NCBI GenBank assembly: GCA_051530055.1
Contig: JBMGUZ010000011.1
Coordinates: 1 to 59,386 of the forward strand
Source: Neoechinorhynchus agilis
Taxonomy: Eukaryota; Animalia; Acanthocephala
DNA length: 59,386 nucleotides
Direction of reading: 5' to 3'
Below are positions 1-13,004 of this stretch, in pieces (position 1 is the stretch's first letter; every line of letters begins with the position of its first letter). The position numbers were made by a program, and so were the translations under genes. The notes beneath the pieces were generated by a model. It did no database searches and had not been told where the DNA came from. It saw only the letters and a program-made list of their open reading frames with translations.

Positions 1-284
1 CGTTCGGTTGTGCGAATCCGGTTTATGGGGATGTCCGTTCGTTTGGGCGAATCCGGTTTATGGGAATGTCTGTTCGGTTGGGCGAATCCGGTTTATGGGG
101 ATGTCCGTTAGGTGGGGCGAATCCGGTTTGTGGGGATGTCCGTTCGGTTGTGCGAATCCGGTTTATGGGAATGTCTGTTCGGTTGGGCGGATCCGGTTTA
201 TGGGGATGTCCGTTTCTATGATCAAATCCGGTTTGTGGGGATTTCCGTTCGGTTGGGCGAATCCGGTTAATGGGGATTTCCGTT
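1..284. repeat. 35-bp minisatellite, ~8 units, cut by the window edge
   Basis: Unit CGTTCGGTTG(T/G)GCGAATCCGGTTTATGGGGATGTC repeats with a 35-nt period and degenerates rightwards. Confidence 0.95.
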
Positions 285-731
285 TTATTGGAGGTAACTG
301 GTCTGGGGATGTCTGTTGAAAGTGTCAGCTTCTAAAGAATTTGTCATTGTGGATTCACAGCTCATTCTTTGTTCCAGAGCGGTGGTGTAAATGTTGGTAA
401 GTTTTGGTCGAGATAAAAAATTTATTTCTCTTTAAATTTTTTTTCTTTAACAAATGGATTGATATTTTGTTTTAGAAGTCTTCACCCGGTAAACATTTTT
501 TATTAAAGACGTTTTGCGTGCCTCATCATATTCATCATTAGTTTCTTAGTTATTAATAGGTGGGGGTTCGCAGAACGTCTGTAATAAGCAATAATTCAAT
601 AATCACATAGCCCGTAGTACCTCCTCTGCAATTTAGGGCTGATGATTTCGTTTTATACGAACATTTTAAAATTATTCGTCTTTGGAAGCTTGAAATTTTG
701 TTTAAAGTCGATCATCAATCCGTTTGTTAAG

Positions 732-2106
732 GCTAGAATGGCGGATAGAGGTGAATTTACCAAAAGGTACACAGTATTATTTCTCTTTGTTTTTACTCAT
801 TAAACCATTATATTGTCAGAGCAGTGCTCAACGAAAGGATAGACCTTTCCCAGGCAGAAGGAGTGCGAGCACTCATTGAAGCAACTAGCCATCTACAAGC
901 TCAGACTGCTCTACGCTGTCTTAGTGGTTCGGTCCGAGATGCAGTCAGTCATTGGCGTAAGGATCTTCTTGAAATAATCAGTGAACTCGATGCGATAATC
1001 GATTTTGGAGAAGATCACTCCAGTGATGGTGCTTTGACAATCTCATCGGAGTTGCGAAGTAAGCGTTTGGTGCCCATTTATGTTATTAAAATGCGATCAT
1101 AATAGATACAATCGTTGCGGTCAGAGAAGAAATGCTACGGTTTGTAAATCAATCGAAACGATCACGGATGCGTAAATACGGCCATAAAGTTGTTATTGTA
1201 GGTGCCCCAAATGTGGGAAAAAGTTCACTCTTGAATATTCTCGGTAATTATAATTAGTCCCTATGTATATTTATCATTTCTTCGATCTGTAATTTTACAG
1301 TTAATGAGGAAATCGCAATTGTCTCGAACTTACCTGGAACGACTCGTGACTTTATTCAAGTTAATGTGGACTTGATAGGTCCTAGTTCAATAAACTTAAT
1401 TGACACTGCTGGTCTGAACGACGACATATTTCTTGAATTTTTAATTGCGGCGGTTCTTTGACATAAAAGCAATAAAAATTTAAATAGTAGTTGACAGTGT
1501 CGAGGCTGAAGGTAGACTAAGATCAATTCAGAAAGCAAGGGAAGCTGATTTGATTTTGTGGGTTATCGATGCCAATAATGCTGAAGAGGTTGGACGTGAT
1601 CCCCGTGGCAATCTCCGAAAAATGCTTCGTGGATACTTGCCTGAAGACGACAGAATATTTATTGCCTTCAATAAGATCGATCTGTGTCGAAGTTTTGAAG
1701 CAGCAGACTTCACAGGCAATGCCATCTTTCCAACATCACGAATTTCCTGTTTTACGCGTGAAAATATCAGTGATTTTAAGGCTAAACTCAGCGAATTCAT
1801 GTCTTCAAGGTGGACCAAATTTTTTACTCACAGAAAATAAAACGGAAAATTTCTAGGTTCTCACCCAATCACTTTACTTCAGCCGAGTCGATATTCATCG
1901 ATGATCGCCAGTTGAATTGCGTTAGAAAAGCGGCGGACGAGATTGAGAATGCTATTTCGCTGATCGACAATTCTGAAGATCAATTGTGTCAAGTAGTCGC
2001 CTTAAGGAGAGCGATAAACGAACTTGCGAATATCTCACCGGAACTAAATATAGAAACCGATGATGTGCTCAATCAAATATTCGAGAAATTTTGCATAGGG
2101 AAATAA
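732..2106 (+). CDS. GTPBP3: Mitochondrial tRNA-modification GTPase (MnmE/TrmE family), multi-exon; 5' exons not resolved
   Basis: Spliced peptides GEFTKR/AVLNERIDLSQAEG..IIDFGED, P-loop GAPNVGKS, PGTTRD, DTAG, NKID and the canonical C-terminus IFEKFCIGK*. GT-AG introns include 1244-1300 and 1810-1856. Confidence 0.92.
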
Positions 2107-2571
2107 ATTTTTAACTCGCTTTATTGTTGAAATGTATCGTAGCACTTCAAAGTTTTAGGAATTTCGTGCGTTTAAATTCATTTAATGATTAGTATTTCTA
2201 GAGAATATTTAAAGAAAACAAATCTTATAGTCAATTAAACCAATTTTTTTGAACTATAGGAAAAACAAATGAAATTGAACGAAACAAAATTATGTTGCTG
2301 TCATCCGCATTTTACTATGTTTGATTTACAGTTGCTGCTGACAAGCATTGATCCTTAGATTAATATCCTCATAACGTCCAATCAAGTTCAACCAAGTTAT
2401 TATATTTGTATTTGGTTTTAAACAAAAGTTTTAACTTATGCATTGAATGGGTTTTTCACTTGGGAGTAAGTGGGCAAGTTTTGATCGTAGAAAGGGTCCC
2501 TAGGTCAAAAAAGTTTGGGAACCACTTGTATAAATCAAAGGCGCTTTCTTTTTTACGCATATAAATTTAAG

Positions 2572-3321
2572 ATGTTGATTCGTACAATCGCGACACGAAT
2601 GTTTCGATGCAATCGATCCCTTATCAATCGAACAAATGGCCATCGTTATATTCAATCTTTTCGGAACCCGTACCGAGGATCGTATATTTCATGGAAGTCA
2701 GTTTTTGCGACATCACTTGTTGGAGTCCCATTAGTTGGTTACTTTTGGTATCTAAAGCAAAATTATGAAAAGAATAGGCGTAAATCAATCCGGGAGTCAG
2801 TGGGAAAGGCTTCGATAGGTGGTGGTTTCTCATTAGTGGATCAAGACGGCAATCGTAAGACAGACAACGACTTTAAAGGAAGCTGGTTGATGATATACTT
2901 TGGTTTTACTCACTGTCCCGATATTTGTCCTGAGGAAATAGAAAAGATGGTTGATGCCGTCGACGGAGTCAGGAAAGCAGATCCAAGTATTAAAATTGCT
3001 AAGATATTCATCAGCATTGATCCAGAACGGGATACAGTTGAAGCTGTACGTGAGTACGTCCGCGACTTTGCTTCCGATTTAATCGGCCTAACTGGAACTG
3101 AAGAGGAGGTGACTGTGGTGGCTAAAAGATATCGAGTCTACTTCAAAGCTAGTCCGAAGGATTATGAAAATGACTACATCGTTGACCATTCGATTATAAC
3201 TTACCTTGTAAATCCAGACGGAGAATTCGTTGATTTCTATGGAAAGAATGTGAGCACAAAGAAACTTGAAGAAGCTATTCTGGCACAGGTCAGTGCTTAT
3301 CGCAAGAAGCATAAAGAGTGA
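2572..3321 (+). CDS. SCO1: SCO1/SenC copper chaperone for cytochrome c oxidase, single exon
   Basis: ATG at 2572, a basic targeting-like N-terminus and one TM segment, then [21 protein letters not shown] (CxxxC), ISIDPERD and VDHS (copper His). Confidence 0.95.
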   Translation: MLIRTIATRMFRCNRSLINRTNGHRYIQSFRNPYRGSYISWKSVFATSLVGVPLVGYFWYLKQNYEKNRRKSIRESVGKASIGGGFSLVDQDGNRKTDNDFKGSWLMIYFGFTHCPDICPEEIEKMVDAVDGVRKADPSIKIAKIFISIDPERDTVEAVREYVRDFASDLIGLTGTEEEVTVVAKRYRVYFKASPKDYENDYIVDHSIITYLVNPDGEFVDFYGKNVSTKKLEEAILAQVSAYRKKHKE

Positions 3322-3999
3322 GTATACTCCAGATATTCATAATAAGATTCTCGCCTCGAAAATCAATAATAAATCAAATGCAGTCATCTCTTCTGTACTC
3401 TATTGTATCATGTCTCATTTGCTATTGCTTATTTAGTATCTTTCAATGATTGCTCCTTTATCTGACTACTTTCTTGACCTTAAAAGGCTATCCGAAGCTC
3501 ACGGATAATCTATTGAATGTTCAAAATAATAAAAGAAATTATTTTTCGAAAATCAAATGGCTTGGAACTTAATGTCCGATTTTTTGTTGTAACAAAATTA
3601 AGATTTTAGCATATCCTAATAAAAGAAAATGCTTTTAAATAGAACAAATTTAACCCATTTCTTATGGACAAAAGGAATTCGAATACTCCAAAGACTCAAT
3701 AATTATTATTTTACTAACAAGCTCATTTATTGAGAGCTGGATAAAACAACGCTATTAGCTTTTATTTTAAAATTTATATTTCAACGAATAATTAGTCAAC
3801 GGAGAAAGGTAAAAAGAGGCCACAATATCTGTTTAAAGATAGCAATCAGAATAAGTAGAAGCACAGCTATGACTTAAACATCAACTGGAAAAAATAACAC
3901 TGAAACTAAAAACCGAAATAATACAAACAAATTCTTTAAAAACTATCAAAACCATTCTTAAAGAGATGCAGCGAATCGATAAGGAACAATCGGAGTTCC

Positions 4000-5130
4000 T
4001 TGATTGGGGTGGTGATCGATAATGCGGTGACGAGAGACGTATGTAGAGTGTGCCATTGATTATTTTGCGATAGTAGTGTGGTATCACGTTGGTGTCGGCG
4101 CATTCCTCGCTTCGAACCTGGATGCTAGACAAAAATATGAAGACGGAAACCTGCCCGCCCAAAACGAGCCAAGTGAAAAGACCGAGGAAACGCCCAACGC
4201 TACCTAAATTCTGTTCATCAAATCACTGACGCAGACACCTTGAACGAGCCACTTATCGATCGCGCTCAACCTGAGAGCCAGATTCCGAATTCCAAACCAC
4301 ATTGTCTTCGGCAATGGTCCCCAATTCACGTCAGAACAGTTTGAAGTATTTTGTGAAGGACAGAGAATTCAAGACATCAAATCGAGTCCATATCAACCTC
4401 AGACGAATGGGTTGGTAGAACGAATGGTTGGTACTTTCAAACGAAGAACGATGGACAAAATCGGGGTATGGACGTTTCTTTTTTTTATTATAGAAATTCC
4501 GAGAACAATGTCACTAAAATAACAGCAGCTGAACAATTAATAGGCAGACGTTTGCCCACTTTGTTCGAGACAATATGCATCAATTGATGAAACAGGCGGT
4601 TCAGAAAATTCGAAAGTGAAGTTCGATTTAAAGAAAGAGCACCAATTTCAAGACAAGGACTTGATTTGGTATAAGCTATTTATAGATGATTCATGGAAGG
4701 AAAGATAGAGCGCAGGACAGGGCCGGTATCTTATCGCGTTTTTGATGAAAACGGTAAAGAGCAGAGGATTCATGGGCTGCTTACTAGCAGTGCAGAGTCG
4801 GATGAAATGAAGTTCTCTAAGATAGAACCACAGAGAATAGGATGGATGGATCGAGGTCCACAGAGACAGATGAGGAGTCGTCATCAAGGAACGAAGGGGA
4901 TTCAGTGAAGGATTAGTGTCTGAAAAAGAAGCAGAGGCCGTCGACGATCCTGAGAAACAGGAGAAACTAGTGCCAAAAAAAGGATCCAGAGAAGCTAATG
5001 TGGAGAAGCACAAGAGCGACCTCCACAACGTTTCAAATTTGATTTGGGTGGCGATCGATAATGCGGTGACGAGGGCGTATGTAGAGTGTTCTATTGATTT
5101 TTTGTGGTAGTAGTGTGGCAGAACGTTACA
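4000..5130 (+). mobile_element. Internally deleted Ty3/gypsy copy: LTR-like direct repeats, gag fragment, integrase remnant
   Basis: ~90-bp diverged direct repeats at ~4000-4093 and ~5039-5130 (the latter ends ..GTTACA), with PBS-like TGGTGTC after the first. Integrase core GNGPQFTSEQF..SSPYQPQTNGLVERMVGTFK and C-terminal GKIERRTGPVSYRV. 4181-4248 is an inverted homolog of 7645-7717. Confidence 0.8.
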
Positions 5131-6650
5131 AATTCGTTTTGCCCTTCACATATCTCACATCGTAGTCGTACTCGCCCAAAAGGATCGCCAAATGTACTAC
5201 CCGTCCATTGGTCATTTTGCCTAATGTTCTGTTTTCTCCAAATATATGCTTTAACGGTTGATGATCCGTTTCGATCGTGAAGTGTCGGCCAAAAAGATAT
5301 TTATGAAATCTCTTGACCCTTTTATACGATAGGCAGCGCTTCCTTATCCAACGTTGAATATTTTAGCTCTGCTGGGCTGAGTTTTTTGGAAGCAAACATG
5401 ATAGGCATATATTTCTGGTTTCGCTCGTCAAATTGGAAAATAGCAGCTCCAACCCATTTCTCGCTAACATCACAAGCTAAGGTCACTAGTTTCGTTTCAT
5501 CGAATAGGATCAAGCTGATATGATTCGATACGGCCTCCTTGACATCAATAAGGGCATTTTTTTCATTTTTGCCTTATTTCCACTTGGCATTCACTGTAAG
5601 CGGATTCTTTAACGGTTCACAAATTGTTTGCAAATGTGGTATGAATTTGTCTAAGTTCACCGCACCTAAAAAGGATCTCAACTCTTTCTTACAAAAAGGA
5701 TCTGCCGCCAGTTTCAAATCATTCACTCGTCCTACACTTACCTTCCATTTCCCCTTCACCAGAGAGTGCCCCAAATAACTAACATGCTCTTCTAGAAATC
5801 GAAATTTGCCCCTCTTTACTTGCACTCCTGTCGATTCCAGACTTGAAAGGACAGTCTTCAAGTTCCGCAAATGGTCCTCATCATTCGTCCCCGAGACAAT
5901 AATATCATCAAGATATGCTTGTGTCATCGGTATGCCCCCAAGCAGCTCATCCATGAACAGCTGAAACATCTTCGGAGCTGCCGAAATTCCGAATGGGAGC
6001 CTTTGATAGCTGAACAACCCAAAGGGAGTTGCAATCGTCAATAGTCCCTTAGTTTCCTCGTCGACTTTCAATTGTAAATATGCATCAGCCAGGTCTAAGA
6101 TAGAATACTTCTCACCACTGACCAATTTACCCGCTAGTTCCGCCATACTTGGAATTTGGTAGCTATCCATCTTCATGAATTTATTGACAGTCACCTTAAA
6201 GTCCCCGCAACTCCGAATCGTTCCATCGGGTTTCTTTATGGGCACAATCGGTGTCGCCCATTCGATTGACTGTTCGGCGCTCTGCACTGGTTTGAGAATT
6301 CCTTCACCTTCCAGTCGCTGTAATTCTTCTTTGATCGGTTCAATCAATGCGAACGGTATCCTACGAGCTGGCAGAAAAATGGATTCGGCATTCTTTTTCA
6401 ATGCTAATTTTTATAATTCTTGATCGGGTCTTGGGGTTTTCGAAATACATTCGCATAATCAACAAGCTCTTGTAAACGTCCGTCCGTTGATCCTTCGTTA
6501 ACGGTATTTACGAAAACCTGGTCAGGCAGCTTCATATCTAATTCCCTGCACCGTGGTAGTCCGAACAAATATCGAGGTGCCTTATCTATCACAGTCACCG
6601 GGACCTTCTTTTGATTTTCAGCTTCCACCCATATCTTGCATTTCAAGAAA
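5131..6650 (-). mobile_element. Ty3/gypsy pol remnant (protease end, RT, RNase H), frameshifted
   Basis: ARRIPFAL..WATPIVPIKKPDGTIRSCGDFK..LDLADAYLQ..RLPFGISAAP..YLDDIIV (RT), LACDVSEKWVGA..FASKKLSPAE (RNase H) and LLGEYDYDVRYVKG. Confidence 0.93.
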
Positions 6651-7450
6651 AAACTTTTCTAGGTTTTACAATAATAAAGCACAAAACGTGCAATCACCAC
6701 CGTCGCCTGGCAAAAGATGAGATGGCCTTTTTTATCTCTGTTGTATGGGAGGAGATGGAGTTTCAAAACTTCCGCTACAACATGGGTGCTTCGACCGGAG
6801 TATTTGTAGCGTCTCGCTGTCTCTTTTTGCGAAACTGTCGGAGGATGACAATAACCGAACAGCCCCCCGAACATCCATGTCCGCAGGGTTCGAAGAGACA
6901 CGCTCAGTCAGTGATCGCTTTGAAAAACGGCAGCGATACTCTTCCTTCGTGCGTCCCTTAGAAACCTCGCGGAGATTCCTTTCAAAATTTTTAAATATTT
7001 GTTCAAAGGAATCTAACCTTTCCTTGATTGTTGATGTCAAAGACACCCCAGAATCACCGCTGGTGCAGAGGACTAAGCGCGGGAAAGCGAAGAGCCGTGT
7101 CCATGAAGGCGCACAGTTCGTTTGCAGGCAATCATTGAGCAATCCCGTAAATGCTTTGGCGACCAGATATCGCGCGCCTTTGGGGATCCGTTTCAGGACG
7201 TTCCTGGGCAGAACCCGCACGATATCAGGTATCGAAATAGAATCAGTGGTGATCTGAGAGGTCCCAGCCATAAACAGATCGGTTGATTGTGGTGGAGAAC
7301 CAGATCCACTACAGCGGAGATCCCGTGGACCATGGACAAACAAAACCCCCAAATTGGTTAATTGAAAAGACTTACCGCAAACCGGACACAAACCAGTAGA
7401 GACGCGTGGGAGCCCGGCGGCGTTGGTCTTCTCAGGTTGAGCGTCGCGTT
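6651..7450 (-). mobile_element. 5' portion of a CRE-like non-LTR retrotransposon inserted in the gypsy protease region
   Basis: CPVCGK zinc-finger-like start and VLKRIPKGARYLVAKAF..SW..LFAFPRLVL, an N-terminal block typical of CRE-clade ORFs. Gypsy sequence resumes on both sides. Confidence 0.7.
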
Positions 7451-7717
7451 CAAATTATCTGCCTCAGCAGCATCCATTGTAGGCGATTTGAACATATTGT
7501 GACGTAATTTGGAATTTCGGCAAAACCTATCCGATGCTGAGATCGTCCTGAGCCTTCTTGGAGGTATAGGGCTGGGAGGTGAATCTGATCCGTCGCTATA
7601 TCAATCGTCTGATTTCCTCATATTCGTTCTGTCAAGGCGCGTTCAAGGTGTCTGCGTTAGTGATTTGATGAACCGAATTTCGGCCTGGTGTCCTGGTAGC
7701 GTTGGGCGTTTCCTCGG
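7451..7717 (-). mobile_element. Gypsy gag end / protease start of the minus-strand copy
   Basis: Homologous to the gag-region fragment at 4181-4248. Reads ..SVHQITNADTLN.. and YVQIAYNG. Cut at 7717 by the triplicated unit. Confidence 0.55.
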
Positions 7718-9162
7718 TTGTGTTGTAATAATTTTTGCAAGTTGATTCATTAGCATTTTTAAAAGTTTGTAATCAGTCTTCTCCTAAGGTTAAAAATCTC
7801 AAGGAAATTTAAATACAGAGAAAATGTATTAAATGATCAACTAACGACGGAATTTTTCACCCATTCCTTAATGATTTTCGTATTTTTATGCGATCGCTTT
7901 ATTTAGTTTTTTAAAGCTAAACATAAGTTTTACTGGCGATTTTTTTTGCACTATTGAAGATGGAAAATTTGGCCAAAAACGTAAAAAAGTTTTTATTGTA
8001 TTTCACTATTTTCAATAAGTTTTCGTTCAAATATGTCCTCGGGCAGACCAGCAAAGTAATAATTCTTAAAGATTCAATTGAAAAAAACTGTGATTTCGAT
8101 GAAATATAAAGCCAATAGGAAATATGATCTCATTTTAATAGAAATCGGATTTGAACTTAGGTCTTTTCATTGAGGAAATTGAACATTTATTTGACTCGAG
8201 AATTGATGATGTGTATTTTCAAATGATTTACTGGTTTTCAGTCACAAAAAAGGTTAGTAAATTTTATGATTGACATTCATCGAAGACGTCTTCTTCAGAT
8301 TCAACTGCTCTGAATTTTATCTCGAACATCTGAGCAGTTTTAATCTAGAAAGTACGAGACGTTCTTGAAGAGTTTAAATAAATCCAATAATCGTTAAGTT
8401 GCCATTTTTGTTTAATTTTAACGGGTTTTAACTTGCAGACGTTTACAAAAAGCGATTCCGCGAAGTCCAAATATTCGTGGGCTGTACTTGAATTCTTCTT
8501 AAAGGTCAACTTAAAAGTCCCGTCGCCGTAACGAACTCCAGCATTCCCGCTTTATATTTTGAACTAGAAATCGGAATATCTGAAGTGGAAAATTTCTAAC
8601 GATAATTTGATTTCGATGCTGGTAGTCGTTTAAATTCTTAACTTCATTTGAGCGATAGTGAATTATTAGCGAACGGTGTTAAAGTGATTTTCGCCAATGA
8701 CTGCTTTCCCACTTTTTTTAGGGTGTTATAAATTTTGAAAACTCGAATGTTTCGCTACATTGCTCATTGAAATTCCAAATCATTTCAATAGAAAACAAAT
8801 TCGATATCTAATATTTTTCTATTATTGACCAGATAATCGTAACTCTCGAAGAGAAAATCGCAATGTCATGAAATTTCATTTTATCCACGATTCCGAGATG
8901 CGTTTACAATGCGAGATTTAGAACATTTGGTCCTTTAAAGTATTTTGCTTATTTTAATGCATCTTTCGCCCACTGTCGTCCGTTTCCCCATTTAAAACCT
9001 TTCAATGATTCACCAATTTACATGGTACACACAACAAATACGAAAAAGTCATTTTTTTTTAAAATTTCATCCTTCCATCACAAATATCAAATGAAATCTC
9101 TTCGGTTCTTGCATCTTGAACCTCATCGATTGTAGTTTCTGTATCCATTGTTACGAGCAACC

Positions 9163-11308
9163 TTAATTTTGCCTTCGCTTCGTATTGTACATTATTAAAT
9201 AATCATTTTGGGCACTGGTAAGATTTACTCTCGGACCCACGTACGGAATCCGCTTGGTAGCCATGTACGGAATCAGCTTCGTCCAAAAGAAATCGAGTAT
9301 TCGCTCCATGGATTCCTCGTCAAACGATGTTCCCTCTCGTAGTTTTTTAACGATATCACGAGCACCAGTGAGGATTTCGCAATCAACGCCTAAAATGAGA
9401 AGAAATTTTATTTAATAAGTGAAATTGACCAGGCATTTTATTTTTTCAGAAGGAATAAAGTTCCATTGGGACACAAATAAGTCACTGAAAAGTATAATAA
9501 TATCCTACCTTGAATAGTTCTCGTTTCTGTCATTGAAATGAATTTTTTAATCGTCAAAAGCATTGAAATCAACTGCTTGTAACCCATCGATTCCCGAAGA
9601 TCAGTTGATGTCGATTCATTTTCTGCAGAAAAAACTGATGCACGACTTTGGCAAATTTGTTCGGTGGGCGGATTGTTTATATTGGAGACTCCCAAATCTA
9701 TTAATTCCGCCGCTTGTATTGCCGATGGATCGCCATTTCCTGTTGTTAGATTTAAATGCCGTCTATCGATCCTTTGACTTTCAATTATTTCCCTTAAACC
9801 GCATTTATAAGCATCGGCGACCGTGATATATTCTAGCCAACTTCTAGCATTATTAAATATTCGTTCCTCCAAATCTTCGGGAGTGTACGGTAGCACATAT
9901 TGACTATTAACAATTAAATCTCTTCTAAATACCGAAATTATAAGCTTTAAATAAATTTAGAGTAACTCACAGTTCGTTTAGTGTTTGAGCTCGTATTTGA
10001 CACGTCTCTTCCGTTTGTTGAATCTGCTGAGGTTGATGCTGCTGCAGTGGTTGGCGTTCAGAATCTTGTTCCGAGTTTTGATCGTTTCTGATTGAAACTT
10101 CAGAATTTCCCGATTCAATTACTACTGCTTCCGGCGGAAGGTATATTCCTTCCGTTTCACTTGAATATAAAAGTTCCCTTCGTCTCTTTTCAATATTTGT
10201 TCTTATATTCTGCATAAATTCATTGGAAATTTTGACATATTCTGAAATGTTTCGCGCTTCATTGAATAGAATTTCTTCTACTAGTTCCGGAGATGTATGT
10301 ACAATCAAATCATCATTGCGAACCATATCTCCTCTTCGAAAATAAACGGAATTTAAAGCTAGAAATGTATTTAGAACAACTTACAGTGCGTTTATAGTTT
10401 GCAATCGAACTTGTGTTAAAGACATCTCTTCCGTTAGATGAATCTGCTGAGGTTGATGCTGCTGCAGTGGTTGGCGTTCAGAATCTTGTTCCGTATTTGG
10501 ATGGCTTGTGTTTACAACTTCAGAATTTCCCGATTCAATTACTTCTGCCTGAGCGTTACCACCTCGTGCTTCTTCGTTTAAACTCCGCCCTCGGTGTATT
10601 GTCTCTTCTTCTAATGTTGCTCTTATCATGCGGGCATACTCCTCGGTTGTTGTTAGATATTCCACCCAATTATCTTTTTCATCAAATATGTCTTGCTCCA
10701 TATCTTCTAGAGCGTTTGGTATCCACAAATCATAATTCGGAACCATTTCTCTTCTGGAAAAAATTAAAATATTACACTCAAAAACTTAAGAACTTACAAT
10801 GTATTTATAGTTCGGATGCGTGCCTGGCGATGAAGGCCATCCATATTTCGAGGATTTGGTGGCAACAGTTGCTGGCGCATTTGTATGTTTTGAGGTCTAA
10901 ACATAATGGGCTGCGTCCAGTATTGACTTTGGGGTTGACTACTCTGATAAAGGTGATGTTGTTCCTGTGGAGCGAATCGATAAGGAACAATCGGAGCTCT
11001 TTGTGGGGCTTGAACAAAACGGGGTTGTCCGAAAAAAGAGACTTGTTGATTTGGATATTGATTTATTGGTAGATTGTTCGATATCTGCGGTTGTTGAACT
11101 TGGGATTGATACTGACCAGCAATTTGATTGGGATCGAATTGTGGCTGCATTTAGTATTGCTGAGGGACCCTTGGAAGCCATTGAAACATGCTGCCTGGTT
11201 GAGGATTTCCATATTTTGATAAGGATTTGGCTGCTGTGGGTGTTGCCCGAAATTGTTTCCTTGGTATACCGGTTGCTGTCCAGTGTTAAATGGATTTGGA
11301 GGTTGCAT
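9163..11308 (-). CDS. Orphan Q/P/N-rich, repeated-exon protein, copy 1 (1-nt frameshift in exon 1)
   Basis: Same exon structure as copy 3. GAGGATTTCCATA at ~11200 lacks one C relative to copies 2 and 3 (real lesion or sequencing error). Confidence 0.6.
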
Positions 11309-13004
11309 TTGAATTACACACCTAAAAATACGAATGGCCAAATTCGATGTTACGTTAGCAAATAAGTTATTGAGCCGCAATGTTAAACATTATTTTTGTT
11401 TTCTATCGATAAAATTAAAAAAAGTGGCGGTTTGGGACTTCATCGACGAAGACGAAATGGATGCAGAATACTTTATTTTAGTTAGGTACAAAAAATGTTC
11501 TTCTATTCGGAAGGGGTAAATTCGACCTCGGAATATTGATAAATATTTTGGAAAATCTTAGATTTTTGTGTTGTAATAATTTTTGCAAGTTGATTCATTA
11601 GCATTTTTAAAAGTTTGTAATCAGTCTTCTCCTAAGGTTAAAAATCTCAAGGAAATTTAAATACAGAGAAAATGTATTAAATGATCAACTAACGATGGAA
11701 TTTTTCACCCATTCCTTAATGATTTTCGTATTTTTATGCGATCGCTTTATTTAGTTTTTTAAAGCTAAACATAAGTTTTACTGGCGATTTTTTTGCACTA
11801 TTGAAGATTGAAAATTTGGCCAAAAACGAAAAAAAGTTTTTATTGTATTTCACTATTTTAAATAAGTTTTCGTTCAAATATGTCCTCAGGCAGACCAGCA
11901 AAGTCATAATTCTTAAAGATTCAATTGAAAAAAACTGTGATTTCGATGAAATATAAAGCCAATAGGAAAGATGATCTCATTTTAATAGAAATCGGATTTG
12001 AACTTGGGTCTTTTCATTGGGAAATTGAACATTTATTTGACTCGAGAATTGATGATGTGTATTTTCAAATGATTTACTGGTTTTCAGTCACAAAAAGGTT
12101 AGTAAATTTTATGATTGACATTCATCGAGAACGTCTTCTTCAGATTCAACTGCTCTGAATTTTATCTCGAACATCTGAGCAGTTTTAATCTAGAAAGTAC
12201 GAGACGTTCTTGAAGAGTTTAAATAAATCCAATAATCGTTAAGTTGCCATTTTTTGTTTAATTTTAACGGGTTTTAACTGACGTTTACAAAAAGCGATTC
12301 CGCGGTCAAATATTCGTGGGCTGTACTTGAATTCTTCTTAAAGGTCAACTTAAAAGTCCCGCCGCCGTAACGAACTCCAGCATTCCCGCTTTATATTTTG
12401 AACTAGAAATCGGAATATCTGAAGTGGAAAATTTCTAACGATAATTTGATTTCGATGCTGGTAGTCGTTTAAATTCTTAACTTCATTTGAGCGATAGTGA
12501 ATTATTAGCGAACGGTGTTAAAGTGATTTTCGCCAATGACTGCTTTCCCACTTTTTTTAGGGTGTTATAAATTTTGAAAACTCGAATGTTTCGCTACATT
12601 GCTCATTGAAATTCCAAATCATTTCAATAGAAAACAAATTCGATATCTAATATTTTTCTATTATTGACCAGATAATCGTAACTCTCGAAGAGAAAATCGC
12701 AATGTCATGAAATTTCATTTTATCCACGATTCCGAGATGCGTTTACAATGCGAGATTTAGAACATTTGGTCCTTTAAAGTATTTTAACTTATTTTAATGC
12801 ATCTTTCGCCCACTGTCGTCCGTTTCCCCCATTTAAAACCTTTCAATGATTCACCAATTTACATGGTACACACAACAAATACGAAAAAGTCATTTTTTTT
12901 TAAAATTTCATCCTTCCATCACAAATATCAAATGAAATCTCTTCGGTTCTTGCATCTTGAACCTCATCGATTGTAGTTTCTCTTATCCATTGTTACGAGC
13001 AACC

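Noticed and set aside
373-388. 16-nt identity with 23227-23242 (TCCAGAGCGGTGGTGT)
   Set aside because: The match does not extend, so it is too short to interpret.
2101-3321. Stop-codon reassignment as an explanation for in-frame stops elsewhere
   Set aside because: GTPBP3 ends in TAA exactly after its conserved CIGK terminus and SCO1 ends in TGA at the expected place, so the standard code applies.
8380-8560. LAGLIDADG-like peptide (GDGTFKLTF..HEYLDF..LF) on the minus strand of the triplicated unit
   Set aside because: The GDG is GGG in copies 2 and 3, the resemblance is short and no second motif is present.
10413-11072. Plus-strand 219-aa ORF and similar antisense ORFs in the triplication
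   Set aside because: They are shadows of the spliced minus-strand gene and run through its introns.
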